Of a stretch of DNA of 64,000 bases, positions 45,401 to 55,362 are shown piece after piece. Numbering within the stretch: position 1 is the stretch's first letter; each line of letters opens with the position of its first letter. The notes under the pieces were generated by a model. The model was not told the DNA's origin, searched no databases, and saw only the letters and a program-made list of their open reading frames with translations. Source of the stretch: Mayamaea pseudoterrestris (Eukaryota); contig BROI01000014.1 of assembly GCA_027923505.1 (NCBI GenBank), forward strand, positions 558,001 through 622,000. The letters are read 5' to 3'. The translations under genes were made by a program, and so were the position numbers.

Positions 45401-48400
45401 GTCTCGCCATGCGTACATGGTGATGGATACTGAGGTGCAACTGACCGCCTTATGGCCCATCATGACAACCAACCTATTTGAAATATATTGGAGGGTTCAG
45501 CAGGCTATGCTGATGATCCCTGCAGCCACAAAGGGAGCAGGGCTGGCACATTCAACCAGTTGTTGAATGTGCTGAGTCTCAGGGCATAGTGATGGCTTCC
45601 ACACCCCATTGGACAAGTCTATGAATCCCATTTACAATTACAGTCCCTGTTAGGTGTATTATGGGGTCTGGAGGCCATTTTGGAAGTCTCACTTGCTAAC
45701 TTGAGGTGCACTGCTGGCAGATCCAACAAGTTGTTGGATCTGCTCAGTCTCTCCATGGCGTACAAGATAATGGATAATGAGGAGCAACTGACCAACTTAT
45801 GGCCCATCATGACATAAAACATGATATGAAAGATATTGCAGGGCTCAGCAGGCAATGCTGATGATCCCTGCAGCCACAAAGGGAGCAGGGCTGGCACATT
45901 CAACCAGTTGTTGAATATGCTGAGTCTCAGGGCATAGTGATGGCTTCCACACCAAAAAAAACAAGTCTATGAGTCCCATGCACTGTTAAAGTCCATGTTT
46001 ATTGTATTATGGGGTCTGGAGGCCATTTTGGAAGTCTCACTTGCCACTTGAGGTGCACCGCTGGCAGATCCAACAAGTTGTGGGGTCAGTTCAGTCTCAC
46101 CATGGCATACATGGTGATGAATACTGAGGTGCAACTGACCAACTATGGCCCATCATGACAACAAACATGATATGAAAGATATTGGAGGGCTCAGCAGGCA
46201 ATGCTGATGATCCCTGCAGCCACAAAAGGAGCAGGGCTGCCACATTCAACCAGTTGTTGAATGTGCGGAGTCTCAGGGCATAGTGATGGCTTCCACGCCC
46301 CAATGGACAAGTCTATGAGTCCCTTTCACTGTTACAGTCCATGTGCGTTGTATTATGGGTCTGCAGGCCATTTTGGAAGTCTCACTTGCCACTTGAGGTG
46401 CACTGCTGGCAGATCCAACAAGTTGTTGGATCTGCTCAGTCTCACCGTGGCATACATGGTGAAGGATACTGAGGTGCAACTGACCAACTCATGGCCCATC
46501 ATGACAACAAACATGATATGAAAGATATTGGAGGGCTCAGCAGGCAATGCTGATGATCCCTGCAGCCACAAAGGGAGCAGGGCTGGCACATTCAACCAGT
46601 TGTTGAATGTGCTGAGTCTCAGGGCATAGTGATGGCTTCCACACCCAAAAGAACAAGTCTATGAGTCCCATTCACTGTTACAGTCCATGTTTATTGTATT
46701 ATGGGGTCTGGAGGCCATTTTGGAAGTCTCACTTGCCACTTGAGGTGCACTGCTGGCAGATCCAACAAGTTGTGGGGTCAGTTCAGTCTCACCATGGCAT
46801 ACACGGTGATGGATACTGAGGTGCAATTGACCAACCTATGGCCCATCATGACAACAAACCTATTTGAATATATTGGAGGGCTCAGCAGGCAATGCTGATG
46901 ATCCCTGCAGCGAAAAAGGGGGCAGGGCTGGCACCTTCAACCAGTTGTTGAATGTGCAGAGTCTCAGGGCATAGTGATGGCTTCCGCACCCAAAAGAACA
47001 AGTCGATGAGTCCCATTCACTGTTACAGTTCATGTTAGTTGTATTATGGGGACTGAAGGCCATTTTGGAAGTCTCACTTGCCACTTGAGGTGCACCACTG
47101 GCAGATCCAACAAGTTGTAGGGTCGGCTCAGTCTCACCATGCATACATGGTGATGGATACTCAGGTGCAACTGACCAACTATGGCCCATCATGACAACAA
47201 ACATGATATGAAAGATATTGCAGGGCTCAGCAGGCAATGCTGATGATCCCTGCAGCCACAAAAGGAGCAGGGCTGGCACATTCAACCAGTTGTTGAATGT
47301 GCGGAGTCTCAGGGCATAGTGATGGCTTCCACACCCAATTGGTCAAGTCTTTGAGTCCCAATCACTGTTCAAATTTATGTTTATTGTATTATGGGGTCTG
47401 GAGACCATTTTAGAAGTCTCACTTGCCACTTGAGGTGCACCACTGGCAGATCCAACAAGTTGTTGGATCTGCTCAGTCTCACCGTGGCATACATGGTGAA
47501 GGATACTGAGGTGCAACTGACCAACTCATGGCCCATCATGACAACAAACATGATATGAAAGATATTGGAGGGCTCAGCAGGCAATGCTGATGATCCCTGC
47601 AGCCACAAAGGGAGCAGGGCTGGCACATTCAACCAGTTGTTGAATGTGCGGAGTCTCAGGGCATAGTGATGGCTTCCACACCCCAATGGACAAGTCTATG
47701 AATCCCATTCACTGTTACAGTCCATGTTAGTTGTATTATGGGGTCTGCAGGCCATTTTGGAAGTCTCACTTGCCACTTGAGGTGCACTGCTGGCAGATCC
47801 AACAAGTTGTTGGATCTGCTCAGTCTCACCGTGGCATACATGGTGAAGGATACTGAGGTGCAACTGACCAACTCATGGCCCATCATGACAACAAACATAA
47901 AAAGAAACATATTGGAGGGCTCAGCAGGCAATGCTGATGATCCCTGCAGCCACAAAGGGAGCAGGGCTGGCACATTCAACCAGTTGTTGAATGTGCTGAG
48001 TCTCAGGGCATAGTGATGGCTTCCACACCCCATTGGACAAGTCTATGAGTCCCATGCACTGTTAAAGTCCATGTTTATTGTATTATGGGGTCTGGAGACC
48101 ATTTTAGAAGTCTCACTTGCCACTTGAGGTGCACTGCTGGCAGATCCAACAAGTTGTTGGATCTGCTCAGTCTCACCGTGGCATACATGGTGAAGGATAC
48201 TGAGGTGCAACTGACCAACTCATGGCCCATCATGACAACAAACATAATATGAAAAATATTGGAGGGCTCAGCAGGCAATGCTGATGATCCCTGCAGCCAC
48301 AAAGGGAGCAGGGCTGGCACATTCAACCAGTTGTTGAATGTGCGGAGTCTCAGGGCATAGTGATGGCTTCCACACCTAAAAGAACAAGTCTATGAGTCCC

Positions 48401-50216
48401 ATTCACTGTTACAGTCCATGTTTGTTGTATTATGGGGTCTGCAGGCCATTTTGGAAGTCTCACTTGCCACTTGAGGTGCACTGCTGGCAGATCCAACAAG
48501 TTGTTGGATCTGCTCAGTCTCACCATGGCATACATGGTGAAGGATACTGAGGTGCAACTGACCAACTTATGGCCCATCATGACAACAAACATGATATGAA
48601 AAGGATTGGGAGGGCTCAGCAGGCAATGCTGATGATCCCTGCAGCCACAAAGGGAGCAGGGCTGGCACATTCAACCAGTTGTTGAATGTGCGGAGTCTCA
48701 GGGCATAGTGATGGCTTCCACACCTACAAGAACAAGTCTATGAGTCACATTCACTGTTACAGTCCATGTTTGTTGTATTATGGGGTCTGCAGGCCATTTT
48801 GGAAGTCTCACTTGCCACTTGAGGTGCACTGCTGGCAGATCCAACAAGTTGTAGGGTCGGCTGAGTCTCACCATGGCATACACGGTGATGGATACTGAGG
48901 TGCAATTGACCAACTATGGCCCATCATGACAACAAACATGATATGAAAGATATTGCAGGGCTCAGCAGGCAATGCTGATGATCCCTGCAGCCACAAAAGG
49001 AGCAGGGCTGGCACATTCAACCAGTTGTTGAATGTGCGGAGTCTCAGGGCATAGTGATGGCTTCCACACCCCAATGGACAAGTCTACAAGTCCCATTCAC
49101 TGTTACAGTCCATGTTTTTTGTATAATGGGGTCTGCAGGCCTTTTTGGAAGTCTCACTTGCCACTTGAGGTGCACTGCTGGCAGATCCAACAAGTTGTTG
49201 GATCTGCTCAGTCTCACCATGGCATACATGGTGAAGGATAATGAGGTGCAACTGACCAACTCATGGCCCATCATGACAACAAACATGATATGAAAGATAT
49301 TGGAGGGCTCAGCTGGTAATGCTGATGATCCCTGCAGCCGTTGTTGAATGTGCGGAGTCTCAGAGCATAGTGATGGCTTCCACACCCCAATGGACAAGTC
49401 TTTGAGTCCCATTTACTCGTAAAGTCCATGTTAGTTGGATTATGGGGTCTGGAGTCCATTTTTTAAGTCTCACTTGCCACTTAAGGTGCACTGCTGGCAT
49501 ATCTGGCAGATCCAATAAGTTGTTGGATCTTCTCAGTCTCACCATGGCATACATGGTGATGGATACTGAGGGGCAACTGACCAACTTATGGCCCATCATG
49601 ACAACAAATATGATATGAAAGATATTGGTGGGCTCAGCAGGCAATGCTGATGATCCCTGCAGCCAAAAAGGGAGCAGGGCTGGCACATTCAACCAGTTGT
49701 TAAATGTGCGGAGTCTCAGGGCATAGTGATGGCTTCCACGCCCCAATGGACAAGTCTTTGAGTCCCATTTACTGTTCAATTCCATTTTAGTTGGATTATG
49801 GGGTCTGGAGACCATTTGGAAGTCTCACTTGCCACTTGAGGTGCACCACTGGCAGATCCAACAAGTTGTTGGATCGGCTGAGTCTCACCGTGGCATACAT
49901 GGTGAAGGATACTGAGGTGCAACTGACCAACTCATGGCCCAACATGACAACAAACATAATATGAAAGATATTGGAGGGCTCAGCAGGCAATGCTGATGAC
50001 CCCTGCAGCCACAAAGGGAGCATGGCTGGCACATTCAACCAGTTGTTGAATGTGCGGAGTCTCAGGGCATAATGATGGCTTCCACACCCCAATGGACATG
50101 TCTATGAGTCCCATTCACTGTTACAGTCCATGTTTGTTGTATTATGGGGTCTGGAGGCCATTTTTAAAGTCTCACTTGCCACTTGAGGTGCACCGCAGGC
50201 AGATCTAACAAGTTGT
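39481..50216 (+). repeat. Tandem satellite array (family A), ~31 units of 347 bp
   Basis: Landmark gcagatccaacaagttgttggatctgc at 39792, 40141, 40488, 40835, 41182... mostly with a 347-bp period, last partial copy at ~50199; the repeated 107-aa ORFs in the track reflect the same period. Confidence 0.98.
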
Positions 50217-50307
50217 CTAAACCATAGCCAGCAAAAAATGGATGGAAATGGACTACAGGGGTAGGGGTAGGAGGCCACACTTCAGCACCATGAGAATGGT
50301 TACAGTA

Positions 50308-50550
50308 TGTGCCAGCAGTGCACCTTTTTTGGCAGCAGGGATCATTAGTATTGCCTGCTAAGCCATCCAATTTCTGTCAATTCATTTCAACAAATGTTTT
50401 TTGTCATGATGCGCCAATGAGTTGGTCAGCTGCACCTCAGTAAACCATGTAGGTAGCCACAGTGAGACTTAGCAGGTTCAACAAGTTTTTGAGTCTAGAC
50501 TGCCAGAATGGCCTGCAAGTTTAAAAGTCTAGACTGCCAGAATGGCCTGC
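50308..50550 (-). repeat. Inverted degenerate family A segment with a 25-bp direct duplication (50492-50516, 50526-50550)
   Basis: gtgccagca...ggcagcagggatcattagtattgcctgctaagcc...tgtcatgatgcgcc...gttggtcagctgcacctcagta is the reverse complement of the satellite unit; agtctagactgccagaatggcctgc occurs twice. Confidence 0.85.
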
Positions 50551-50559
50551 GGGCCAGCG

Positions 50560-50710
50560 ATAGACACCAGTATGGTGGCAACATCCTTATTTGGGCTGCT
50601 CTACAAGATGGAATGCCTGACTGGTGCCTCAAGACTCTGCAGTGCCACTGGTGAGAACTGTTCACCAGTCCCAACCAGCAGCAGCCATATTTTTTCACAA
50701 GACAAAATGA
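50560..50710 (-). repeat. Inverted family B unit at the right edge of the satellite
   Basis: Reverse complement reads ...gactggtgaacagttctcaccagt...ggcattccatcttgtagagcag, matching the B units at 39052 and 58394. Confidence 0.85.
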
Positions 50711-50846
50711 GATGTGCTTTGTTTGCTTGCACTTGGCAATGTGAAAGCGATATGGCCGCATGCTCTATTATCAGGCAATGCATAGGAAACGGATGCTAGT
50801 ATTTTAGCTCCGTATTAAAATTCTAGTAAGCCTATTGAATGTTATA

Positions 50847-51848
50847 TTACTCATCAAGAAATCCATCGTAAACATACTTGCGCGTCATGGCGCACTGCTC
50901 CAGAAACGCGCCCACGGATAGCGGATCGACACCAGCATTTACGCACATGGCCGAGTAAGCTTCATAGTCTTGCTTAATACCGGGTTCCCTTAACGTCATG
51001 GTGCGACAAGTGCGGCCATCATTGAACTTTGCTCGCTCGGAATGGTTGCTTGCCAATGATTCCGTCATGGTAAGTGGATGCTCCGAGTCTAGCTGCTTAA
51101 AGAAGCGCTGCGCGACAGCCAATGATGTCGTCGATCCAGGCTGCTGGACATTAATTGCTCTGTCATTGTCGTTAACTGTAAATGAGTCTCTTAAACATTG
51201 CAACTCATTCGTGGAATCCAAATTGGTATCGGACGATTGCAACAGTGTCACTCTTGTTTTTGCCCTGGAAATACTCAGTGAATGTTTCTCCTCGTCAGCT
51301 AAAGCGTCTGCGTCAGCTTCAATTATCAATTCACTTGGTTCCTTGACCGTCTCGAGATGAATGTGCATTGCCGCATACTCGACTGCATCTTGCGGTCGCT
51401 CCACTGTCACCCACCGTCGCTTCGTGCCGAAATGCTTTTGCTTCAAGTCCTGATGAGGCCTTTTCCACGACTTTAGGACTGAATGGCCAGTTGTTGGCAG
51501 TGTTGGGCGTCCAATCATGAACGGCGAAGGTGACAGCATGGGACTGGGGCTTTCCAGGATCACTGGATAGGATGGCGACTCGTCCGAGACATTGCCCTTC
51601 GCGCGAGTGGAGTCTTTCGGAGTAGCCATGGTGGGACACCCATGATTGCACTCATTTTCATCTTTTGAAGCAGACGTTGCATGTTTTGAAGTGGCGCAAC
51701 CATTCGTTGCAGCTAAGTTGTTTGAAAATGATGATGGATCGGCTGCAAAAGGTGCTTCAACGGACGAGTGATTTGCTGGCCTGATTCGAGACTTCTTTCG
51801 CCACAGCATGCCAGCATCGCCACCAAAGCTGCGTATTCGGTTGGACAT
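50847..51848 (-). CDS. Hypothetical protein
   Basis: 333-aa ATG-started ORF filling the space between the repeat and PIG-P; conserved-looking tail (AQRFFKQLD...YEAY...GVDPL...YDGFLDE). Confidence 0.7.
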   Translation of the reverse strand: MSNRIRSFGGDAGMLWRKKSRIRPANHSSVEAPFAADPSSFSNNLAATNGCATSKHATSASKDENECNHGCPTMATPKDSTRAKGNVSDESPSYPVILESPSPMLSPSPFMIGRPTLPTTGHSVLKSWKRPHQDLKQKHFGTKRRWVTVERPQDAVEYAAMHIHLETVKEPSELIIEADADALADEEKHSLSISRAKTRVTLLQSSDTNLDSTNELQCLRDSFTVNDNDRAINVQQPGSTTSLAVAQRFFKQLDSEHPLTMTESLASNHSERAKFNDGRTCRTMTLREPGIKQDYEAYSAMCVNAGVDPLSVGAFLEQCAMTRKYVYDGFLDE

Positions 51849-52050
51849 TCCTGTATGTTAACAGGATAGGAAATGTACAGCTAGCAGATAGATGGGCACC
51901 ATGAAGAGCACATCATGTTGTCGTCATTTACTTTGATCGAGGTGAGGAGTGTCGAAAGCCGATCGCGTCGCAGCGTTATTCACAAAGCGAAGATCGCTCC
52001 AAATTGCATCACATCCCATGCGCCTTTTGCCTGCTTGTCATACGATATCA

Positions 52051-52617
52051 ATGCCTTCCAATGCAGGAAACAATGTATCTGCTCGTCCATTACCAAACAC
52101 GAGTGAATCGAGCGGAGAAACATGCGGATTCGTCGTGCATGTGGTCGCTGTACTGATGGCAATTGCATTTGTTCTGCAAAACCTACTGCAACTCGGCGAC
52201 TCCTCGCTGGTCGTTTCGGATCATGACATATTTCTGCAAGATGTGTGGAACCTCCTTCCAGATTGGTCCTTGCGTCTCATAGTCGCACGAATTTTGGTGG
52301 GAGCTTTGGTTGCAATTCCATTCGTCTACTTTGGAATCAACGCTCAGTCAGTGCCCAAACTCGAGTCTCTGGACAGTCTCTGTGACGAGTTTACGAGAAA
52401 GAATACTGCTGCTACAGGCACCGGCACCATCATTGGCAATGACACATCAAGGTAGGTCGCTGTTTTTATACATGGAATGCAAAACATCACTCTCCTGACT
52501 TCTTCATCCGCATATGTTTTCGCTCAAAGGCGCGAATGGTGCGTACCTGTCGTTGCGGATATTGACGTCGCTCATATTAACGATATTGTATGGAAAGGCT
52601 TTCAAGAGCAGCGATGA
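52051..52617 (+). CDS. PIGP: PIG-P family subunit of GPI-GlcNAc transferase; intron 52452-52529
   Basis: E.CGFV TM1, W-L TM2, Y.GIN...VPKLESLDSLCDEF, and spliced VPVVADIDVAHIND, resembling the PIG-P C-terminal P...D.....N motif. Confidence 0.75.
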
Positions 52618-52772
52618 CAATGCCAACCTAATTGTATGTGAGCCGCAAGTAAAATATTTTTATTTAAAGTAGACTTAAAAGCGCATACAGTAATGCCTCC
52701 CTGGCGCCTGACTCTTCCTCGTTGCCGCCAAGGGCATGCTCACGGATCGAAAACATGTAATTCGCAACAAAG

Positions 52773-53699
52773 CTAAATAGTCGCCAGCGCATCAAAGTCA
52801 ACGTCCATCTCCGCCGGATGCTCATTGTAAAGCGCCTCGTACAAAAAATCACCAATGTCCGGATCGTCCAAGTCATCGTCCCACGCATCATCACTATCCA
52901 CCACCGCCGTTTCATCCGACGCCAGTTCCGACGAGTCCACAGACCTATCATTCGCATTCAATGTATCAGCAGCATTGTTGTAGATCTTCTTCTCAGCTGG
53001 AAGAATAGATTATATTAGAGGAATGGCTGGTAGTGCGCATTCCATAGATTGTGATCAAGATCAATCTGCGGTTGGTCTGGAGATCATAGACTGCTGATAC
53101 ATGGGGCGAATGAGGTGATCTGGAACTCGGTCTTCTTCATAGTCGTCGAGCGAAAAGGGAGCTTCTCTAGGTGAAAGTGGAGGAGACACGGCAGGAGTTT
53201 TGTCTGGTGTGCAAATGATGCTTGGGGATGGTGGTTCGTCAGCAACAATGGGAAGAGCCTTCTTGTTTGCCTTCTCTAGCTCGGCAATGCGCTTCATCGC
53301 GGCCGCATACTTGGCCTGTGACTCGGTCAACGCCACTTCAAGTTCTTCAATCCGCATGCGAGTCTTTTCGCGAGAAGCCGCTGCACTCTCACGATTCCTT
53401 ACGCGTCTCGCTTGTTTCCTCCACTGCGCTAGCTGGGCCTTGGTCATGGGAACGTCAGGCTCATAGCGTGAGCCTAGCTTGACTCCTGGAATCGCAGCAA
53501 GCGAAGCCAGCGGAGAGCAGTCGTCAGCTTCTTCCGGACTAGTTTTATGCTTCTTGTTCGTCGCAGTCGTTTCGGCTTGCTTGCTGGAGCGCAGTTTGTG
53601 CTTGCGATTCATCCTGGCTGCCGCTGGGTCGTCCGAAGGTAGCATGGGAAGCGAAAGGACAGTCTCCGGATGAGCAATCTCGTTGGTCATGGTTGTCAT
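52773..53699 (-). CDS. bZIP transcription factor, HAC1/XBP1-like; unspliced CDS 53699-53061 (212 aa), predicted spliced CDS 53699-53069 + 52996-52773 (284 aa)
   Basis: Basic region WRKQARRVRNRESAAASREK plus leucine zipper; downstream same-frame acidic ORF 52773-52961 is reachable only by removing a 72-nt segment containing three stops. Confidence 0.85.
52997..53068 (-). other. Predicted IRE1-type unconventional intron (72 nt) between two CNG|CNGN stem-loops
   Basis: 5' hairpin agaccaa[CCG|CAGA]ttgatct (loop 53071-53065); 3' hairpin ttcttc[CAG|CTGA]gaagaa (loop 52999-52993); no GT donor; the join G+CT restores the reading frame. Confidence 0.75.
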
Positions 53700-53759
53700 G
53701 ATTTGCTTTTTCTTCCTCCTCGAGTGGAGAGTTTGTGAGAGGTGACTGAAACTGCCAAG

Positions 53760-53875
53760 TGGCGAAACGTGATGGCGCGCCCGGAAGTCGACGATCGAAG
53801 TGCACGATTGAGATGACGTCACACGATTTGCCACGCGTCCCTGCAACGAGGCTCATGACCTGCAACGTGGAACCT
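53760..53875. promoter_or_regulatory. Shared divergent promoter with bZIP-type ACGT/CCACG elements
   Basis: TGACGTCA at 53814-53821, GCCACG at 53830-53835, ACGTGG at 53865-53870, AAACGTGA at ~53765. Confidence 0.5.
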
Positions 53876-53960
53876 TGTGGCGTTGCTCGCGAAACAGAAC
53901 GATCACATCGCGAGGCTCGTTGATCATTCGCGTTTCTTGCATGCATCCGGAATCCTGACC

Positions 53961-54452
53961 ATGACGACCACCTCTACCAGCGACAACCCAGAATCCAAGG
54001 CGGAGGCTCGGAAAAAGAGAAAGGCAATTTTAATACAGCAGCGTCAGGAAGAACTGCAAGGGACGGAACGACACGATGACGGTGGAAACGAAGATAGAAG
54101 CCGATCATTGTCCATTGCTTCTGCTTCTGTCGCATCTGATTCGGATGGAGCCTCACAACAAGACGATTGGGATTCTTTAAGCAAGAAACAAAGAAAGGTA
54201 CAAGTCAGATATGATCCTGCTATACCCATGGACAAGGAGGAGCTTGCGAACTGGAGGCGACAGCATAGAAAGGTGCGGAATCGCGAGTCGGCAGCAGCCA
54301 GTCGTCAACGAATACGAAGTCGCATTACCGAGTTGGAAGGCGAGGTGGAGGAATGGAAGGATAAATACAATTCTGCGATGGAACGACTCAAGACTATGAG
54401 AGAGGCGAAATCAAATGGGGATCGCAAAAAGGGCAGCGCTGAGAATCGTTGA
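53961..54452 (+). CDS. bZIP transcription factor, paralogue of the adjacent divergent bZIP
   Basis: RYDPAIPMDKEELANWRRQHRKVRNRESAAASRQRIRSRITELE, versus RYEPDVPMTKAQLAQWRKQARRVRNRESAAASREKTRMRIEELE in the neighbour. Confidence 0.9.
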   Translation: MTTTSTSDNPESKAEARKKRKAILIQQRQEELQGTERHDDGGNEDRSRSLSIASASVASDSDGASQQDDWDSLSKKQRKVQVRYDPAIPMDKEELANWRRQHRKVRNRESAAASRQRIRSRITELEGEVEEWKDKYNSAMERLKTMREAKSNGDRKKGSAENR

Positions 54453-54972
54453 TATTATCAACAGCTGCTACTATCTGGCGCAAAGTATACCTCGTTGACG
54501 GCGGCATGTAAATCGCAGAATGTAGACTCAATAAAATGTAATAACTTTGAAGTAGCGCTGGTGTGATCTCCTCGATCACAGAATTCATCGTCTATGGAAA
54601 ACCAGCTGCATGAGCATATCTACAATGTTGTCTCGAACGAAAAACTATATCTGTAAGCACTTGTCGTATATGTTTTGTGTTGGTATTGTAGAAGGAGTCT
54701 AACAGTCAACTTGTCAACTAACAATAGCTGTAAATTATACAAAGAACATGAAATAACATTGACGACAACCGACAACTGCAAACCGTCGATCCAAGCACCA
54801 GGCCACCTTTAACATCAATGAGTTGCTAACTGCTAAACGATGTACATCTTTCCCAAATCGTCTCCCGACAAGTATACTGTTACATGTCAACACTACCGGT
54901 AGCTCTTAGTGCTGCGCGCTGACTTATGCAACTCACAAGTCGGACAAGCGATACTCGTCCAGCGTCGTCACC

Positions 54973-55362
54973 TTACGATTCCATCTTCGCATGCGCCGGC
55001 GGCAACACTTCCTTGGTCATACCGGCAGCCCATTCTGACGTCTTATGATTGTGATGATTTCCAGCTTTCAATTCCTTGACTCTTCGTTTATAAAACTTTG
55101 TCTTCTTGTGATCTTCCAAGGCCTTCGCGTCAATGAAATGTTTGTCAGTCTCAGAGCAGTAGAATTGGCCGCCACCAGGTAAGTCTACGTCATAGTCGAA
55201 CGCAATCTGTGGAACGCCCGTGGTCTCTTGTGCCTTCTTCAGCTCTTCATCCACCTGGTCAATATCCTTGTCGCGACGACTCAACCAGATTTTGCGCTTG
55301 TAAGACTTGTTCTTTGCGTTATGCCCTTTCGTGGCTCCTTTTATTCCACATCGTCCACCCAT
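54973..55362 (-). CDS. BUD20: BUD20/ZNF593-like pre-60S ribosome factor
   Basis: RRDKDIDQV, DVDLPGGGQFYC...HF.D..AL..H.KTK.YKRRVKELK, EWAAGM. Confidence 0.85.
   Translation of the reverse strand: MGGRCGIKGATKGHNAKNKSYKRKIWLSRRDKDIDQVDEELKKAQETTGVPQIAFDYDVDLPGGGQFYCSETDKHFIDAKALEDHKKTKFYKRRVKELKAGNHHNHKTSEWAAGMTKEVLPPAHAKMES

Noticed and set aside
39481..50216. CRISPR-like array of palindromic repeats
   Set aside because: Sequences between palindromes are themselves repeated rather than unique spacers; no cas genes; eukaryotic context
50217..50307. Telomere-like or G-rich repeat in the spacer (ggggtaggggtagg)
   Set aside because: Only two copies and not TTAGGG; too short to call
39721..50370. 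Dozens of near-identical 60-150 aa ORFs (MNVPALLPFWLQG...)
   Set aside because: By-products of the 347-bp period, which is not a multiple of 3; mostly non-ATG starts, frequent frameshifting indels between copies, no recognisable domain
53010..53063. Stop-codon readthrough or selenocysteine as the route to the bZIP acidic tail
   Set aside because: Three in-frame stops (TGA, TGA, TAA) lie between the two coding parts
52997..53120. Ordinary spliceosomal intron explaining the bZIP tail (ttcttccag looks like a 3' splice site)
   Set aside because: The nearby GT or GC donors I tested (GTCTAT, GTATCA, GTTCCA, GCAGAT) join in the wrong phase and hit stops; only the CNG|CNG cut gives the acidic frame. 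A more distant donor is not fully excluded
54430..54480. IRE1-type loop (CAGCTGC) after the second bZIP
   Set aside because: No closing stem, no second hairpin and no downstream coding tail seen
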